45,399 bases of DNA from assembly GCA_040754655.1 (NCBI GenBank), contig JBFMCE010000015.1, positions 1 through 45,399 on the forward strand. Reading direction: 5' to 3'. The notes beneath the pieces are model-generated. The model was given only the letters and a program-made list of their open reading frames with translations, had not been told where the DNA came from and ran no database searches. Position numbers and translations under genes: made by a program. Positions 1-9,343 of this stretch are shown here, one piece after another (the first letter of the stretch is position 1; each line of letters begins with the position of its first letter). This DNA comes from Bdellovibrionota bacterium (GTDB lineage: Bacteria; Bdellovibrionota; UBA1018; UBA923).

Positions 1-122
1 GTTCCAACCGCCTGTTTTGCGGCATTGCTCCAGCGGTGTTCCACAGTTTCGTAGGCGTGGACGGAAACTGAAACAAACAGAACCCCGAAGGCGCACCAGC
101 TCCGAATGAGATTGCCCGGCAT
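1..122 (-). CDS. 5' part of a probable secreted protein (runs off the left edge)
   Basis: ATG at 122 behind a GGGGG RBS-like run; reads MPGNLIRSWCAFGVLFVSVSVHA-YETVEHRW... with a signal-peptide-like N-terminus, no stop before the edge. Confidence 0.6.
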   Translation of the reverse strand, partial: MPGNLIRSWCAFGVLFVSVSVHAYETVEHRWSNAAKQAVG

Positions 123-347
123 GAATTTCCCCCTTGTTTTCAAGCCTGTGCAATTGCTTTTCTTGCGCGCAGGCTTGCGCTGAAAACCGCAGCCGAATTA
201 AAGCGAGCAAGCTTGGCATTGTCAACGACAGGCAAGCTTTGACCGTCAAAAAACTTTGAGAGAGTGGCGTCAGTAGCGTCTTGTTGGTACATTAGGTATA
301 GATACAGCCATGAGGGCTGTAGAAATTTTGACACGGAGGTCAAGGGT

Positions 348-1073
348 TTGATCACTCTGGCTGGAGTTACCAAGCATTATTCCACCCTACACCGAGGCTC
401 GGCGGTCTTTGAAAACGTCAATCTTAAGATTGGACGGGGTGAGTTCATCTATGTCGTCGGAGACAGCGGGGCCGGAAAAACCACTTTGCTCAAGATGCTG
501 TACGGCGAGGAAAAGCCGAATCAAGGCAAGGTAGAGGTGTTGGGGCAAGATCTTCTCAAGGCGGACGCGGGCAGGGTTCAAGCCCTTCGGCGGCGCATGG
601 GCGTGATTTTCCAAGATCTTCGGTTGATTGAAGACCTTTCGGCCTATGACAATGTCGCTCTCTCATTGCAGACTGCTGAGACGCCGTTATTGACCCAAGA
701 GAAGGGCTCAAAACGGATCAGCTTGAATTCGTACTCATGGAAAAGAGCGATAGATGAAGCCCTTGCGATGGTTGGAGCGGGGGCGTTCTCGAAAAAGAAG
801 ATCAAGGCTCTTTCAGGCGGAGAGAGACAAAGAGTAGCTGCGGCTAGGGCGATTGTGCGGCAGCCCGAGTTGCTGATTGCGGATGAACCTACTGGAAGCC
901 TCGATCGTGAACACACCTGGAACCTGATGGACCTTTTCCAGAAGCTCCATCTTAGGGGCGCGACGGTAGTGATTGCTACTCATGATCGTGAGATCGTGCG
1001 TCGGGTACGACGGCGTTCTTGCGTGCTGAAATCGGGGAAATTGGTGATAGAAGACGGGCTATGTATGTTTTAG
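348..1073 (+). CDS. ftsE: Cell division ABC ATPase FtsE
   Basis: Walker A GDSGAGKTT, LRRRMGVIFQD, LSGGERQR signature, ADEPTG, ATHD; followed by ftsX-envC. Start placed at TTG 348 behind GGAGG (335-339). Confidence 0.9.
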   Translation: MITLAGVTKHYSTLHRGSAVFENVNLKIGRGEFIYVVGDSGAGKTTLLKMLYGEEKPNQGKVEVLGQDLLKADAGRVQALRRRMGVIFQDLRLIEDLSAYDNVALSLQTAETPLLTQEKGSKRISLNSYSWKRAIDEALAMVGAGAFSKKKIKALSGGERQRVAAARAIVRQPELLIADEPTGSLDREHTWNLMDLFQKLHLRGATVVIATHDREIVRRVRRRSCVLKSGKLVIEDGLCMF

Positions 1074-1930
1074 CGTTTCGCCTTGCGGCCAAGAATCTTT
1101 TGCACAGACCCTTCTCGAGGCTCCTGGTCGTGGTCTCGATGGGCTGCATTCTTTTGATCAATGCCCTTGTGTTTCTTCTCTTTCAAACGTTTTCAAAGTC
1201 ACTCGTCGAAGTTCAAGACTCGCGCTACATCACGGTTTATCTTGACGGCGCGGTAGAATCCCAGCGCGAACCTGAAGTCGTGAGCGCCGTGAAGAAAGTG
1301 AGCGGTGTCTCTTCTGCGCACTTGATCAGCAAAGATGCCTTCCTTGAGAACTTTTCTCGCTACTTTCCTCAACTCTCGTCTGAGTTGGCGACCCTAGAGG
1401 CAGACACGATCCCGAGATTCATCAAAGTCAAGGTTGCCGCGCATCGTGAACAGAGCGCGCAGAAAGATTTGCAGAAGATCAAAGGTGTCGAACTCGTCGA
1501 ATCGAATAAAGAAAAATTCTCAGGCTTGATCGGTGCATTGGCCACTTTGCGCAAATTTGCGCTGGTTCTGATCGCCGGGATGAGCCTTGCACTGCTTTGC
1601 ATCCTTCTCAATCACTTCAAGTTGCGCACCGAGTTTCAAACTCAGATTCGAAACACGCTTTCGGCTTTAGGCGCGAGGGGCGGGCAAGTCTTGCTGCCGT
1701 TTGCGATGGAAGGCTTTCTCGAGGGATTGCTCGGCGGTGGGTTGGCAGCGTTGATACTCATCGCCTATGGAAAGGTATTTGAGTCGCAGCTGAACTCGTT
1801 CTTTGAGTCGATCGGATACCATCCGTACCATTTCGAGTTGGGCGGGGTCGCGTTGGCTCTCTTGGTCATAGGCATGCTTTCAGGGATGATGGGTAGCGTA
1901 TGGGCGACGTTTCGCGCAAAATCAAACTGA
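1061..1930 (+). CDS. ftsX: Cell division permease FtsX
   Basis: One TM, periplasmic domain (ITVYLD...ISKDAFLENF), three C-terminal TMs, LGA...PFAMEG motif; overlaps ftsE stop. Confidence 0.85.
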   Translation: MYVLAFRLAAKNLLHRPFSRLLVVVSMGCILLINALVFLLFQTFSKSLVEVQDSRYITVYLDGAVESQREPEVVSAVKKVSGVSSAHLISKDAFLENFSRYFPQLSSELATLEADTIPRFIKVKVAAHREQSAQKDLQKIKGVELVESNKEKFSGLIGALATLRKFALVLIAGMSLALLCILLNHFKLRTEFQTQIRNTLSALGARGGQVLLPFAMEGFLEGLLGGGLAALILIAYGKVFESQLNSFFESIGYHPYHFELGGVALALLVIGMLSGMMGSVWATFRAKSN

Positions 1931-3108
1931 GCGCCGCATCGGGTGTGCTTCAATCGGTTGTTTTGACCGTTTTTTTGAGCGCCCCTTGTTTTGCCGCGAT
2001 CACCTCGACCTCAGATGCCGGTTCTCTTGAGCTCTCTCGAGTGAGAGGCCAGATCAACCTGCTTGAGAACGAGCTGTTGAATTCTGGCGAATCGAAGACT
2101 TCGGCTGAAGTTCAACTCAAGAAAATAAGGCGCCTTCTCGGCCTTCAACAAAAGGAAATCAAGTACTCGCAGTCAAGGATCAAAGACCTCACCCAGCGCA
2201 TGGATGATCTTTCGGGTCAAAAGAAGGGCCTGCTTGAGAAAATCGAAATTTATAAGGTGGGCCTGAGAAGAAGATTGATTGAGCTGGGCAAACTTGCTGA
2301 AAAAGACCCCTTGGATGCGCGTTGGCTTCGAAACCTCGATGTTCAAACTCAAAAGTCGTACTACCTCGCCAAGACATTGAAGAAGGATTTCGCGCGGGTC
2401 GAGCAGCTTCGGAAGAACGTGAGAGAGGCGCTTGCGCTCGAATTGAAGATCATCGAAGAAAAAAGCAAGCTCGACTATTACGTCGAAGAACTTCAGGGTC
2501 AGGCGGCCACGCTCTCGGCCAACGAAGATGTTCAGAGCGAGATCTTGCGCACCAATCGAACCAACCGCCTTGATGTCATGCGAAGGCTGAAGTTTTTGAA
2601 GGAAAGTGAACAAGAACTTGAACGGATGATCGTGAATTTCAAACAAGAAGAGAAAAAGAGCGAATCCGAAGCGTTGGCCGAAAATTCCGTGGGTGTGACG
2701 TTTGCGGGCCTGAAGGGAAAGCTTCCCTTTCCTGTGGATGGCCAGATTTTGAGCAGTTTCGGGAAGTCTTACAATTCCAAGACGAACTTACTGACATTTC
2801 AAAAGGGCATAACAATTGGGGCGTTGCCTGGAACGGATGTGCGGGCTATCTCTGGGGGGAAGGTCGTTTTCGCCGGCCCTCTGAAGAATTATGGCCGGAT
2901 CGTGATTTTAGAGCATCCTGGGAAATATTACACGCTTTATGGCCAACTCGGTTCTCTTGCGCGTGAGCAAGGCGCTTGGATCGCTCAAGGCGAGATCGTG
3001 GGAAAGAGCACCGGCGAACCGGTGTACTTTGAGATTCGCGACAAGAACGTGGCGATTAACCCTTTGCAATGGCTTTTGAACGGCTCTATAACTTTAACTA
3101 AACAGTAG
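1900..3108 (+). CDS. envC: Murein hydrolase activator EnvC-like (coiled coil + degenerate M23/LytM)
   Basis: Signal peptide, long coiled coil, KGKLPFPVDG, M23 domain lacking Zn ligands (QKGITI, VYFE); follows ftsEX. Confidence 0.85.
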   Translation: MGDVSRKIKLSAASGVLQSVVLTVFLSAPCFAAITSTSDAGSLELSRVRGQINLLENELLNSGESKTSAEVQLKKIRRLLGLQQKEIKYSQSRIKDLTQRMDDLSGQKKGLLEKIEIYKVGLRRRLIELGKLAEKDPLDARWLRNLDVQTQKSYYLAKTLKKDFARVEQLRKNVREALALELKIIEEKSKLDYYVEELQGQAATLSANEDVQSEILRTNRTNRLDVMRRLKFLKESEQELERMIVNFKQEEKKSESEALAENSVGVTFAGLKGKLPFPVDGQILSSFGKSYNSKTNLLTFQKGITIGALPGTDVRAISGGKVVFAGPLKNYGRIVILEHPGKYYTLYGQLGSLAREQGAWIAQGEIVGKSTGEPVYFEIRDKNVAINPLQWLLNGSITLTKQ

Positions 3109-3131
3109 TACTTTAGAAATGAGGTCATAGC

Positions 3132-4601
3132 ATGCGAACTTCTCGCCGCTGTCTGTTTTCGGTCTGGGTGATTTTGTCGTGGGTGTCGGTGGCGGCGCTA
3201 GAGAATCTGACCGAACTAAAGTACTTGAGCCATGCCGCTGAAAACGTTCAGACCAAGACCAAGGATAAGGAAAACCAGCCCAACCAAGACCGCTACGAGA
3301 ACCTGGGATTGTTCCAGAAAGTCTTGTATTTCGTCGAACAGAACTATGTCGAAGAAGTGAAGAACAAAGACCTCGTCTATGGCGCGATCAAGGGGATGCT
3401 AGAGACCCTTGACCCGCATTCGGTGTTTCTGCCTCCTGACCTCTTTCGAGACATGAAGACTGATACTTCGGGCAAATTTGGGGGCATTGGCATTGAAATC
3501 TCGGTGAAGGATCAAATCCTGACCGTGGTGAGCCCGATTGAAGACACGCCTGCTTTCAAGGCAGGCGTGAAGTCGGGCGATAAGATCCTCAAGATCAACG
3601 GTGAAAGCACCAAAGGAATGAACTTGGCGGAAGCAGTGGCCAAGATGCGCGGCAAGCGCGGCAGCGACGTCATCGTTTCAATCTGGAGGAAAGGTTTCGA
3701 GAAACCCAAAGACTTCAAGATGACCCGCGCTGAGATCAAGATACAAAGCGCAAAGAGCGAGGTTCTTGAGCCAAATTATCTTTATTTGAGGCTTACCAAT
3801 TTCAATGAGCGTTCAACCGAAGACCTCAAGAACGCGATGGCGAAGTTTGAAAAGAAGGAAGGCCAAATCAAGGGCCTGGTGCTTGATCTTCGAAACAACC
3901 CAGGAGGCTTGCTTGATCAGGCTGTCGACGTGACGAGTCTGTTCTTGGATGAAGGCGTGGTTGTTTCGACCATAGGGCGCAAGACCGAAGACAAAGACGT
4001 GAAGCACGCGAAAAAAGGAATGGCGAGGAAACAATTTCCCTTGGCGGTTCTTGTGAACGGAGCGAGTGCTTCAGCCAGCGAGATTGTAGCCGGGGCCTTG
4101 CAAGACCACAAACGTGCGGTTGTCATGGGGCAGCCGACCTTCGGGAAAGGTTCAGTTCAAACCATTGTCGAGCTTCAACCCGATGTGGGCTTGAAACTCA
4201 CGATCGCGCGCTATTACACGCCGAGCGGTCGCTCAATCCAGCTCAAAGGAATTCAACCTGACGTGCTCTTGGATGATATCGATCAGAAGGTGTTGGATGA
4301 CGCGAAGAAAAAAGGCACATTCTTGCGTGAGAGAGATCTCAAGCACCATATGGGAAATGAAGACGGCAAGGAATTCGCACCGGAAGAACTCATGGGCGAA
4401 GCCAAAACAGAGGATTTGAAAGACGCAAAAGCCGCCGAAAAAGAAGAAACCGTTAAGCCGTTTGTCGCAAAAGAAGACTACCAAGTCAGACAGGCCTTGA
4501 ACTATATCAAAAGCTATCAGATCTTTAGGGCAGCAGGAATTGAGTCTGGCTATTCCCCCTCGAACGGGGTTAAGACCGCCTCAGACAAATCGGCAAAATA
4601 A
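3132..4601 (+). CDS. ctpA: S41 family carboxyl-terminal processing protease (PDZ + protease)
   Basis: LDPHS, GKFGGIGIEI, DLRNNPGGLL, SASASEIVAGALQD, TFGKGSVQ, TIARYYTPSGRSIQ. Confidence 0.93.
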   Translation: MRTSRRCLFSVWVILSWVSVAALENLTELKYLSHAAENVQTKTKDKENQPNQDRYENLGLFQKVLYFVEQNYVEEVKNKDLVYGAIKGMLETLDPHSVFLPPDLFRDMKTDTSGKFGGIGIEISVKDQILTVVSPIEDTPAFKAGVKSGDKILKINGESTKGMNLAEAVAKMRGKRGSDVIVSIWRKGFEKPKDFKMTRAEIKIQSAKSEVLEPNYLYLRLTNFNERSTEDLKNAMAKFEKKEGQIKGLVLDLRNNPGGLLDQAVDVTSLFLDEGVVVSTIGRKTEDKDVKHAKKGMARKQFPLAVLVNGASASASEIVAGALQDHKRAVVMGQPTFGKGSVQTIVELQPDVGLKLTIARYYTPSGRSIQLKGIQPDVLLDDIDQKVLDDAKKKGTFLRERDLKHHMGNEDGKEFAPEELMGEAKTEDLKDAKAAEKEETVKPFVAKEDYQVRQALNYIKSYQIFRAAGIESGYSPSNGVKTASDKSAK

Positions 4602-5890
4602 TGGATGGAATGCAGCAAGTTGAGTTGAAGTTCGATACAGCCCCTCCGGCCAGGGTATGTCTTTCCGTTTCGCAGATCACTGCGAAGGTAAAGGGCCTGC
4701 TCGAAGGAGAAGTGGGCGAGGTCTGGGTTCGCGGAGAAATTTCCGGGTTCAAGCCTTCGGCGGCCGGGCACTTGTACTTTAGCCTGAAAGATTCCGGGGC
4801 GGTCCTTTCATGCGCAATGTTTCGCGCAGGCGGACGCACCAAGTTTGAGATTCGCGATGGGTTAGAGGTGATGGCTCATGGCAAGGTTTCGGTGTATGCG
4901 CCTCGCGGAAGCTACCAACTCATTGTCGATCACATCGAGCCTATGGGTCACGGGGCGTTGCAGTTGGCCTTTGAGCAGCTCAAGGCGAAACTCCAAAAAG
5001 AGGGGCTCTTCGAGCAAGCGCGCAAGAAAACTATTCCTGCATATCCTTCCCGCGTCGCGATCATCACGTCCCCAACGGGTGCGGCACTTCAAGACATGCT
5101 CAACGTCTTGGGGCGCAGGAACGCCGGTATTTCGATCTTGGTAGCCCCCAGCATCGTACAAGGGGACGCGGCTCCTCCGCAGATTGTTCGAGCCCTTCAA
5201 GTGGTGAATCAATTCAATTTAGCAGATGTCATCGTCGTGGCCAGGGGGGGAGGATCCATTGAAGACCTCTGGTGCTTCAATGACGAAAATGTCGTCCGCG
5301 CTGTTGCGGCGAGCTCGATTCCCGTGATCTCGGCAGTTGGACACGAAGTGGATTTCACCCTTTGCGACTTTGCCGCCGATCTCAGGGCGCCTACGCCTTC
5401 GGCTGCGGCAGAGCTTGTTTCAAAAAACCGTTTAGAGCTGATCGAGGCCTTGAATTCTTCAGCGCGACGTCTCAGCCTCGCGGTGTCTGGCAAAGTGGGA
5501 AGAGTAAAGTCCGCGTTGCTCACGCTTGAAAACCGATTGATTAGCCCATCAGAGAGGCTCATGCGCACGCGGAAGCTCATGGGTGAGTTAGAACTTCGAA
5601 TGATGCACGCGGTCGAGGGGCGCTTGCCTCTTTACCGTCAAATGACGGACGAGTTGCACAATAAGATGGTTCACGCCTCGGAACGACTGCTTCTAGACCG
5701 AAAACGCAGGTTTGAAATCCTTTCGGGCCAGCTTGAAGCCCTTTCCCCTTTAAAAGTTCTCGGTAGGGGTTATACTTTAGTACAAGACGCCCAATCAGGG
5801 TCGCTCGTGAAGTCTGCCAAGGAGGCAGCTTCGGGCCGTGAAGTGGCGCTTGTATTCCAGGATGGCAAAACACAGGCACGCATTCTTTAA
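4601..5890 (+). CDS. xseA: Exodeoxyribonuclease VII large subunit
   Basis: VWVRGEIS, GHLYFSLKD, ARGGGSIEDLWCFNDE, SAVGHEVD, APTPSAAAE, LSPLKVLGRGY. Confidence 0.96.
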   Translation: MDGMQQVELKFDTAPPARVCLSVSQITAKVKGLLEGEVGEVWVRGEISGFKPSAAGHLYFSLKDSGAVLSCAMFRAGGRTKFEIRDGLEVMAHGKVSVYAPRGSYQLIVDHIEPMGHGALQLAFEQLKAKLQKEGLFEQARKKTIPAYPSRVAIITSPTGAALQDMLNVLGRRNAGISILVAPSIVQGDAAPPQIVRALQVVNQFNLADVIVVARGGGSIEDLWCFNDENVVRAVAASSIPVISAVGHEVDFTLCDFAADLRAPTPSAAAELVSKNRLELIEALNSSARRLSLAVSGKVGRVKSALLTLENRLISPSERLMRTRKLMGELELRMMHAVEGRLPLYRQMTDELHNKMVHASERLLLDRKRRFEILSGQLEALSPLKVLGRGYTLVQDAQSGSLVKSAKEAASGREVALVFQDGKTQARIL

Positions 5891-6836
5891 ACACGTTTTT
5901 TTTGGTCTTTACTTGGCTCTCGTGACGTCGTGCGCGAGCGCCTCGATCGATTCAACGCCTACTACGGACGCCCCAAAACAAGCATCACAGCCTGAGAAGT
6001 CGTCTAGGTTTTTTCTCGAAGCTCCTCGTGATGCCGTCCCTCAAGGCGGAGTTTTCTTCGTCTCGGTAAGCTCAGTGGATAAGTTGCAAAAGGTTGAGGG
6101 TCAGTTTCATGGAAAGGTGATCGACTTTTATCCCGACCCTCTTCCGAATTCGAACCGTCGCCGATTTACCGCCTTGGTGGGGGCAGAGTACGGCATTCAT
6201 TCCGGCGGAAACCCGATGTCGCTTCGATTGAAGTTTGGTGAAGAGACGCTTGAAACCAAGACTTCGATCGAAATCAAAGAAGCCGAGTTCCCTTCTGAGC
6301 GATTGCGAGTGCCGCCGCGCACGGTGACCCCCTCTAAGAAAGATCGAGCCAAGATTGCTCGTGACAGAGCGCTTTTGGCTCGCACCTATTCGAAACCAAC
6401 CAAGGTGAAGTATTGGGAAACGCCGCTTACCATGCCGATCGATAGCCGCGTCACATCGGCTTATGGCAGCAGCCGCGTTTACAATGGCAAGAAACACAAT
6501 ATTCATTTAGGCCTCGATCTGAAGGCGCCGACCGGTGCTCCGATCGTGGCGCCGCTGACGGGCAAGGTCGTGGTGGCTCGGTCCTTGTTCTTCACGGGAT
6601 ACACGGTGATCTTGGATCATGGCTTTGGTTTTTTCACGATCTACGCCCATCTCTCGAAACTCAAGGTCCGGGAAGGGAGTGTTGCAAAAAAAGGCAAGCT
6701 CCTGGGTTTGGCGGGCGCGACGGGACGGGCTAGCGGTCCGCACCTGCATTGGGGCGTGAATTTGCACGGCGCTAGGATCGATCCTCTGCTTCTGATGAAA
6801 ACCCTAAGCCAAGCCACGGTAGATAAGGTGCCATGA
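5862..6836 (+). CDS. M23 family metallopeptidase, probable lipoprotein
   Basis: Intact HLGLD (HxxxD) and GPHLHW (HxH); LVTSC lipobox-like; start 5838 or 5862. Confidence 0.88.
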   Translation: MAKHRHAFFKHVFFGLYLALVTSCASASIDSTPTTDAPKQASQPEKSSRFFLEAPRDAVPQGGVFFVSVSSVDKLQKVEGQFHGKVIDFYPDPLPNSNRRRFTALVGAEYGIHSGGNPMSLRLKFGEETLETKTSIEIKEAEFPSERLRVPPRTVTPSKKDRAKIARDRALLARTYSKPTKVKYWETPLTMPIDSRVTSAYGSSRVYNGKKHNIHLGLDLKAPTGAPIVAPLTGKVVVARSLFFTGYTVILDHGFGFFTIYAHLSKLKVREGSVAKKGKLLGLAGATGRASGPHLHWGVNLHGARIDPLLLMKTLSQATVDKVP

Positions 6837-7780
6837 CCCGATGCGCTTGGATAAGTACCTCGATAAAGCTGGTCTTCGTGCTGGTGGCCTTAGCGGCCTT
6901 TGCCCAGCCGGCGCAGGCAGCCCAAGATTCAACTGTTATTATTGATAATGCGCCCATTCGCGTAGACCCCTCCGAGTCTTCCAAGGTGCTCGACTATCTT
7001 CCAATGGGCAGTGAGATCAGGATCTCAAGCCATCCGATGCCGGGAGGTTGGTACAAGGTGAGGTCGAGCATCGGCGTCTATGGCTGGATCCATCAAGACC
7101 ATCTGTCGGTTTATAAGCCCGATCCTGAATCACCACGCCCTGAAGAGCGCATCGTCAGGCCTGAGCGCGATCGCAAGTGGGCTATTCGACTTGGCGGCGG
7201 GTTTGATTTTTTCGCGCCTCAAGATCTCAATGATTTGTATGGATTCAGCGAACTCAATACCGGCTTTCTGATTGGTGGTGAGCTGAGTTATCTTTTGACC
7301 GAGCGCCTTGCTGCGGCGTTTCGCGTTGAAGTTCTTTCAAAAGACGTGATTGCGAAAGAAAATCAGTCGGGATTGCCTTTCAATCTGGCGATCCGTTCTT
7401 ATCCGGTGATGGGGGGGCTTGATTATTATTTTGCCCGCCTGCCTGCAGTCAAAGTAAGCCTTGGCGGGTTTGTAGGAGTTGCCTTGTCGACTTCGTTTTC
7501 GAGCGAAGCTACGACATTATCGCCGCCGAACCGCACCGTGCTGCAGCGAAGCCCATTCACTTTTTTGATCAGAGGCAATGTCACTCGGCCGCTTGGCCGT
7601 ATCCTTTCTGTATTTTTAGAGGTAGGTTACCGGTATCTACGCACGCCAGAGATCAGTACGGCTTCGGCAGCTGATGCACAAGGAGGGCCTGAAATCTTTG
7701 CCAGAGATGGCATTTTCAAGACCCGGGTCATCGATTTGTCAGGACCCGAGATCGCGGCGGGATTGGGGGTTCACTTCTAA
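6833..7780 (+). CDS. Secreted SH3b-domain protein with C-terminal outer-membrane beta-barrel
   Basis: Signal peptide (AQAA), GWYKV...GWIH SH3b pattern, amphipathic strands, terminal GLGVHF. Confidence 0.7.
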   Translation: MTRCAWISTSIKLVFVLVALAAFAQPAQAAQDSTVIIDNAPIRVDPSESSKVLDYLPMGSEIRISSHPMPGGWYKVRSSIGVYGWIHQDHLSVYKPDPESPRPEERIVRPERDRKWAIRLGGGFDFFAPQDLNDLYGFSELNTGFLIGGELSYLLTERLAAAFRVEVLSKDVIAKENQSGLPFNLAIRSYPVMGGLDYYFARLPAVKVSLGGFVGVALSTSFSSEATTLSPPNRTVLQRSPFTFLIRGNVTRPLGRILSVFLEVGYRYLRTPEISTASAADAQGGPEIFARDGIFKTRVIDLSGPEIAAGLGVHF

Positions 7781-8220
7781 TGGCGCTTATCAACCGGTAC
7801 TTCGCTGATTACGAATCTTATCACCGCACCAAAGGAAACAAGGTCTGCCATATTTGGGGCATCTCGATCATCGTGATCAGCGCTCTTGGGCTTTTGAACA
7901 ATATTGTTTTGTTTGACTGGGGTTTCCCGGTACCAGCGTCTGCGGCGTTGGTCTTGTGGCTCTTGGGGAACATTTTTTATCTGACGCTTCATGCGAAGCT
8001 TGGCCTGACGTTGATGGTTTCTACTGCGGCTGCATATTTTTTAGGAACGGCCTTGCCTACGCCCGTGCTCTGGTCTTTGTTTGTCGCGGGTTGGGTGATT
8101 CAGTTCATCGGCCATTACAAATATGAGAAGAAGTCGCCTGCGTTTTATAAGAATTTGATTCATCTGATGATTGGGCCGGCGTATATCCAAAATTATCTCT
8201 TAAAGATCGTTCGCAAGTAG
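7780..8220 (+). CDS. Mpo1-like (DUF962) membrane protein
   Basis: Y..YH...N...H..G, GWVIQFIGH..YEKKSPAF, HLMIGP. Confidence 0.88.
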   Translation: MALINRYFADYESYHRTKGNKVCHIWGISIIVISALGLLNNIVLFDWGFPVPASAALVLWLLGNIFYLTLHAKLGLTLMVSTAAAYFLGTALPTPVLWSLFVAGWVIQFIGHYKYEKKSPAFYKNLIHLMIGPAYIQNYLLKIVRK

Positions 8221-8278
8221 CAGCCCCTTTGGTCGGGCGTCGTGGTATGCCTCGCATCTCAGTATTTTTCAAGATCGG

Positions 8279-8659
8279 TCAGCGGTTCTTCTCGTGTTTT
8301 GCACGAATTACCGTCTTGATATTTCCACGTACATTGAAATCACCCACGACTTCAATTTCAAGAGGGTCGAGCAATTTGATGAGGTCGTCTAAAATGATGT
8401 TCACCACGTCTTCATGAAACACGTTTTTGTCGCGATATTTATTGATGTAAAGTTTCAAACTCTTCAGTTCAACGCACCATTGGTCGGGCACATACTTGAT
8501 GTGAATCGTCGCAAAGTCAGGAAACCCCGAAATTGGACAAAGACAGGTGAACTCAGGGCAGGTGAATTCCACCGTGTAACGTCTACCTTTTGTGCGATTT
8601 TCAAATCGCTCAAGTTGGATGTCTCGGATCATCTTCGCGCCGTAACGTTCTTCTTGCAT
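8279..8659 (-). CDS. queF: NADPH-dependent preQ0 reductase QueF (unimodular type)
   Basis: PEFTCLCPISGFPDFA, VELKSLKLY, FHE, FNVRGNI. Confidence 0.95.
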   Translation of the reverse strand: MQEERYGAKMIRDIQLERFENRTKGRRYTVEFTCPEFTCLCPISGFPDFATIHIKYVPDQWCVELKSLKLYINKYRDKNVFHEDVVNIILDDLIKLLDPLEIEVVGDFNVRGNIKTVIRAKHEKNR

Positions 8660-8735
8660 ACTTCTTTTTTCCTTCAAAAGCCTTATAGCATATTCTGGTT
8701 TGAGTTTTAAGAGAGAGTCCGCTAGCTTTTGCGGT

Positions 8736-9341
8736 ATGGCGAAGATTTACACGAAGGTAGGGGATAAGGGTCAAACTTCTTTGGTTGGGGGCCAAAAGGT
8801 CGCAAAAACCGACCCTAGACTCGAGGCTTATGGAACGATTGATGAGCTCAACAGCGTTTTGGGGTTCGTCAGGTCTGAGCTCAATTCCCTTTTAAAAAAC
8901 AAGACTTCAGCCGCGCATTTCGACGTGGGTCAGGTTGATGGTCTGTCGAAAATCGAGGCCGACCTTGAGAAGATCCAACACTGGTTGTTTGATCTGGGGA
9001 GCCTGCTTGCGGCCGTTCCTGGCGATAGAGAAAAGTACAAGCTCCCGCACATGAGTGCCGAGCAAATTCAATTGCTTGAAACGCAGATCGACAGCGCGAC
9101 GGCTCTTCTCACCCCATTGAAGGAGTTCATCTTGCCCGGAGGCTCAGAGGCCTCATCCCGGTTGCATATCGCCCGCACGGTCGCTAGGCGCGCGGAAAGA
9201 GCCATGGTTGCGCTCGCTGCCGATTTGCCTGAGAATGCCGTGCCGTTCGTAAATCGACTTTCAGACTACCTCTTTGTGATGGCGAGGTACTGCAATTATC
9301 TGCTCAAGGTCGAAGACACGGTGTGGAAGGCCGGGAAGTAA
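8736..9341 (+). CDS. ATP:cob(I)alamin adenosyltransferase, PduO type
   Basis: KIYTKVGDKGQTSL, AYGTIDELNS, FILPGG, RTVARRAER, NRLSDYLF. Confidence 0.95.
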   Translation: MAKIYTKVGDKGQTSLVGGQKVAKTDPRLEAYGTIDELNSVLGFVRSELNSLLKNKTSAAHFDVGQVDGLSKIEADLEKIQHWLFDLGSLLAAVPGDREKYKLPHMSAEQIQLLETQIDSATALLTPLKEFILPGGSEASSRLHIARTVARRAERAMVALAADLPENAVPFVNRLSDYLFVMARYCNYLLKVEDTVWKAGK

Positions 9342-9343
9342 GT

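Noticed and set aside
141..177. Inverted repeat CAAGCCTG-N21-CAGGCTTG upstream of the left-edge gene
   Set aside because: Single short repeat with no second copy or supporting motif; cannot assign function.
2700..3108. Inactive M23 domain as a novelty
   Set aside because: Loss of zinc ligands is the normal state of EnvC.
8660..8735. preQ1 or cobalamin riboswitch between queF and the adenosyltransferase
   Set aside because: Only 76 bp; no recognisable aptamer stem or consensus.
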